From the NCBI GenBank assembly GCA_965644295.1, contig CBFFRP010000433.1, positions 124,001 through 188,000 on the forward strand: a stretch of DNA of 64,000 bases. The letters are read 5' to 3'. This DNA is from Paraphysomonas bandaiensis (lineage: Eukaryota > Protista > Chrysophyceae). The position numbers were made by a program, and so were the translations under genes. Below the pieces are notes generated by a model, which was given only the letters and a program-made list of their open reading frames with translations, did not search any database and was not told the DNA's origin. Below, one piece after another: positions 62,745 through 64,000 of this stretch. Numbering within the stretch: position 1 is the stretch's first letter; the number at the start of each line of letters is the position of its first letter.

Positions 62745-63882
62745 ATGATATTTCAGTATTGGTTTGGAGCTATAGTGTTATGTGTCTGTATATTGCGATG
62801 TGAGTCACTTCGAACGCACTATTATGAATATGAGAATGGAGTGTTCAATAAGAAGACTGTAACTGAGGCTCCAAATACTGAAGACAATCCAAAGATTAAT
62901 CACGCTATGAGAAGTAAGTTCAATTCACAGACAGGACAAGATCAGGTAGTATACAACACACTCGATAAGAAGAAGGGCGGCTATTTTGTCGATTTGGCAG
63001 CTAATCACTTCGTATTATTATCTAACACATTCTCGTTGGAGCAACATCACTCCTGGTCTGGTATTTGCATTGAGCCGAACCCTATGTATTTGTATGGGTT
63101 AGTTACTCGAAGGACGTGTAATGTATTAGTTAATCCCATAAGTGATAAAGCAGACGAACATTTAACATTCAGACTCAAGCATGTGTACGGTGGGTTTGTT
63201 GGTCCCGACATGGATAATTCGAACACTAATAAGCAGGATGGGAGTGATGTGACGTTAACCACGGCAACATTGACAGATACTTTGGACTTTTTCAATGCAC
63301 CGCACGTCATTGATTATTTATCTCTCGATGTTGAAGGGGCAGAGTACTTGGTACGTAATTGTGGTATAGGTGGTATTGAGTCATGTGTAGCTGTGTAATT
63401 GTGAGAATAGTAATGAGTGTGGTATCCATTTTGTGTTTCATACTATGATGTTCGCTATTCTATTCGTTTTATAAGTTGTATGTGTTGATTAGGCCTTAAA
63501 AACTTTCAACTTCTCGAAGTATACCTTCCTGATCATGAGCATAGAGAGGCCGACAGAAGAACTCCACAAGTTGCTCGCAAATAATGGATACTGGTTCGTT
63601 TCTAAATTATCTCCTTGGGGCGAGGTCGTTTATTTTCATGATAGTCTTCCTGATTTGGAGGTACATATGGCAAAGTATGTAAGTAGAGATGGTGATCAAC
63701 GTGCCACCGGGTGGGCCAAAGTATACCACCATTATTTACTCGTCCCCAACTTTTGGGGGGATCACGTAGAGGTAGAGAGTAGTGGCACGAAATTAGTTAT
63801 TGCCGAACGCAATGCGCATCGGTTGAACCGTTATTCCAAATTAAGGGGCTCCCATAAAAGTATGAATTCTTATACGGTATAG
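62745..63882 (+). CDS. FkbM-family methyltransferase with signal peptide, paralog 2
   Basis: Same motifs; intron 63351-63492; exon 1 near-identical to paralog 1. Confidence 0.9.
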
Positions 63883-64000
63883 AATTGATATCATCGTTTA
63901 GTCATGATTATGTTTGATAATTACAGTAATTGTGTTGTTAATTTCTCCACAACGCGTTTAATTTGAAAAGTGATAATATTACTAATGATAGGCAGGAGGT

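Overview
Eukaryotic, AT-rich, gene-dense DNA with short GT-AG introns. The gene content and style suggest a flagellated stramenopile, possibly a chrysophyte-like protist (inference only). About 20 protein-coding genes can be built by hand. Recognisable ones: DUF1275 membrane protein, class B DnaJ, 7-TM GPCR-like protein, ER tandem PA-domain protein, UEV1/MMS2, rhomboid, ER FKBP-EF-hand, S/P/T mucin-like membrane protein, carbohydrate sulfotransferase, tRNA isopentenyltransferase, GH38 class 2C alpha-mannosidase, GlpT/SLC37 MFS transporter, mitochondrial SHMT, EFCAB10-like protein, a very large degenerate CHAT-domain protein ending in a CaaX box, and two FkbM methyltransferase paralogs. An ORF missed by the track at the left edge encodes a secreted protein with polycationic RKKRxPP repeats. 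Repeats: three non-autonomous hAT elements with 8-bp TSDs (one inserted inverted inside another), a decayed hAT transposase, a ~150-bp MITE-like family whose five copies all lie just upstream of gene starts (four in bidirectional promoters), and an unclassified ~400-bp repeat found only downstream of genes. No rRNA, tRNA or CRISPR arrays were seen. Exon boundaries were read by eye and are approximate.
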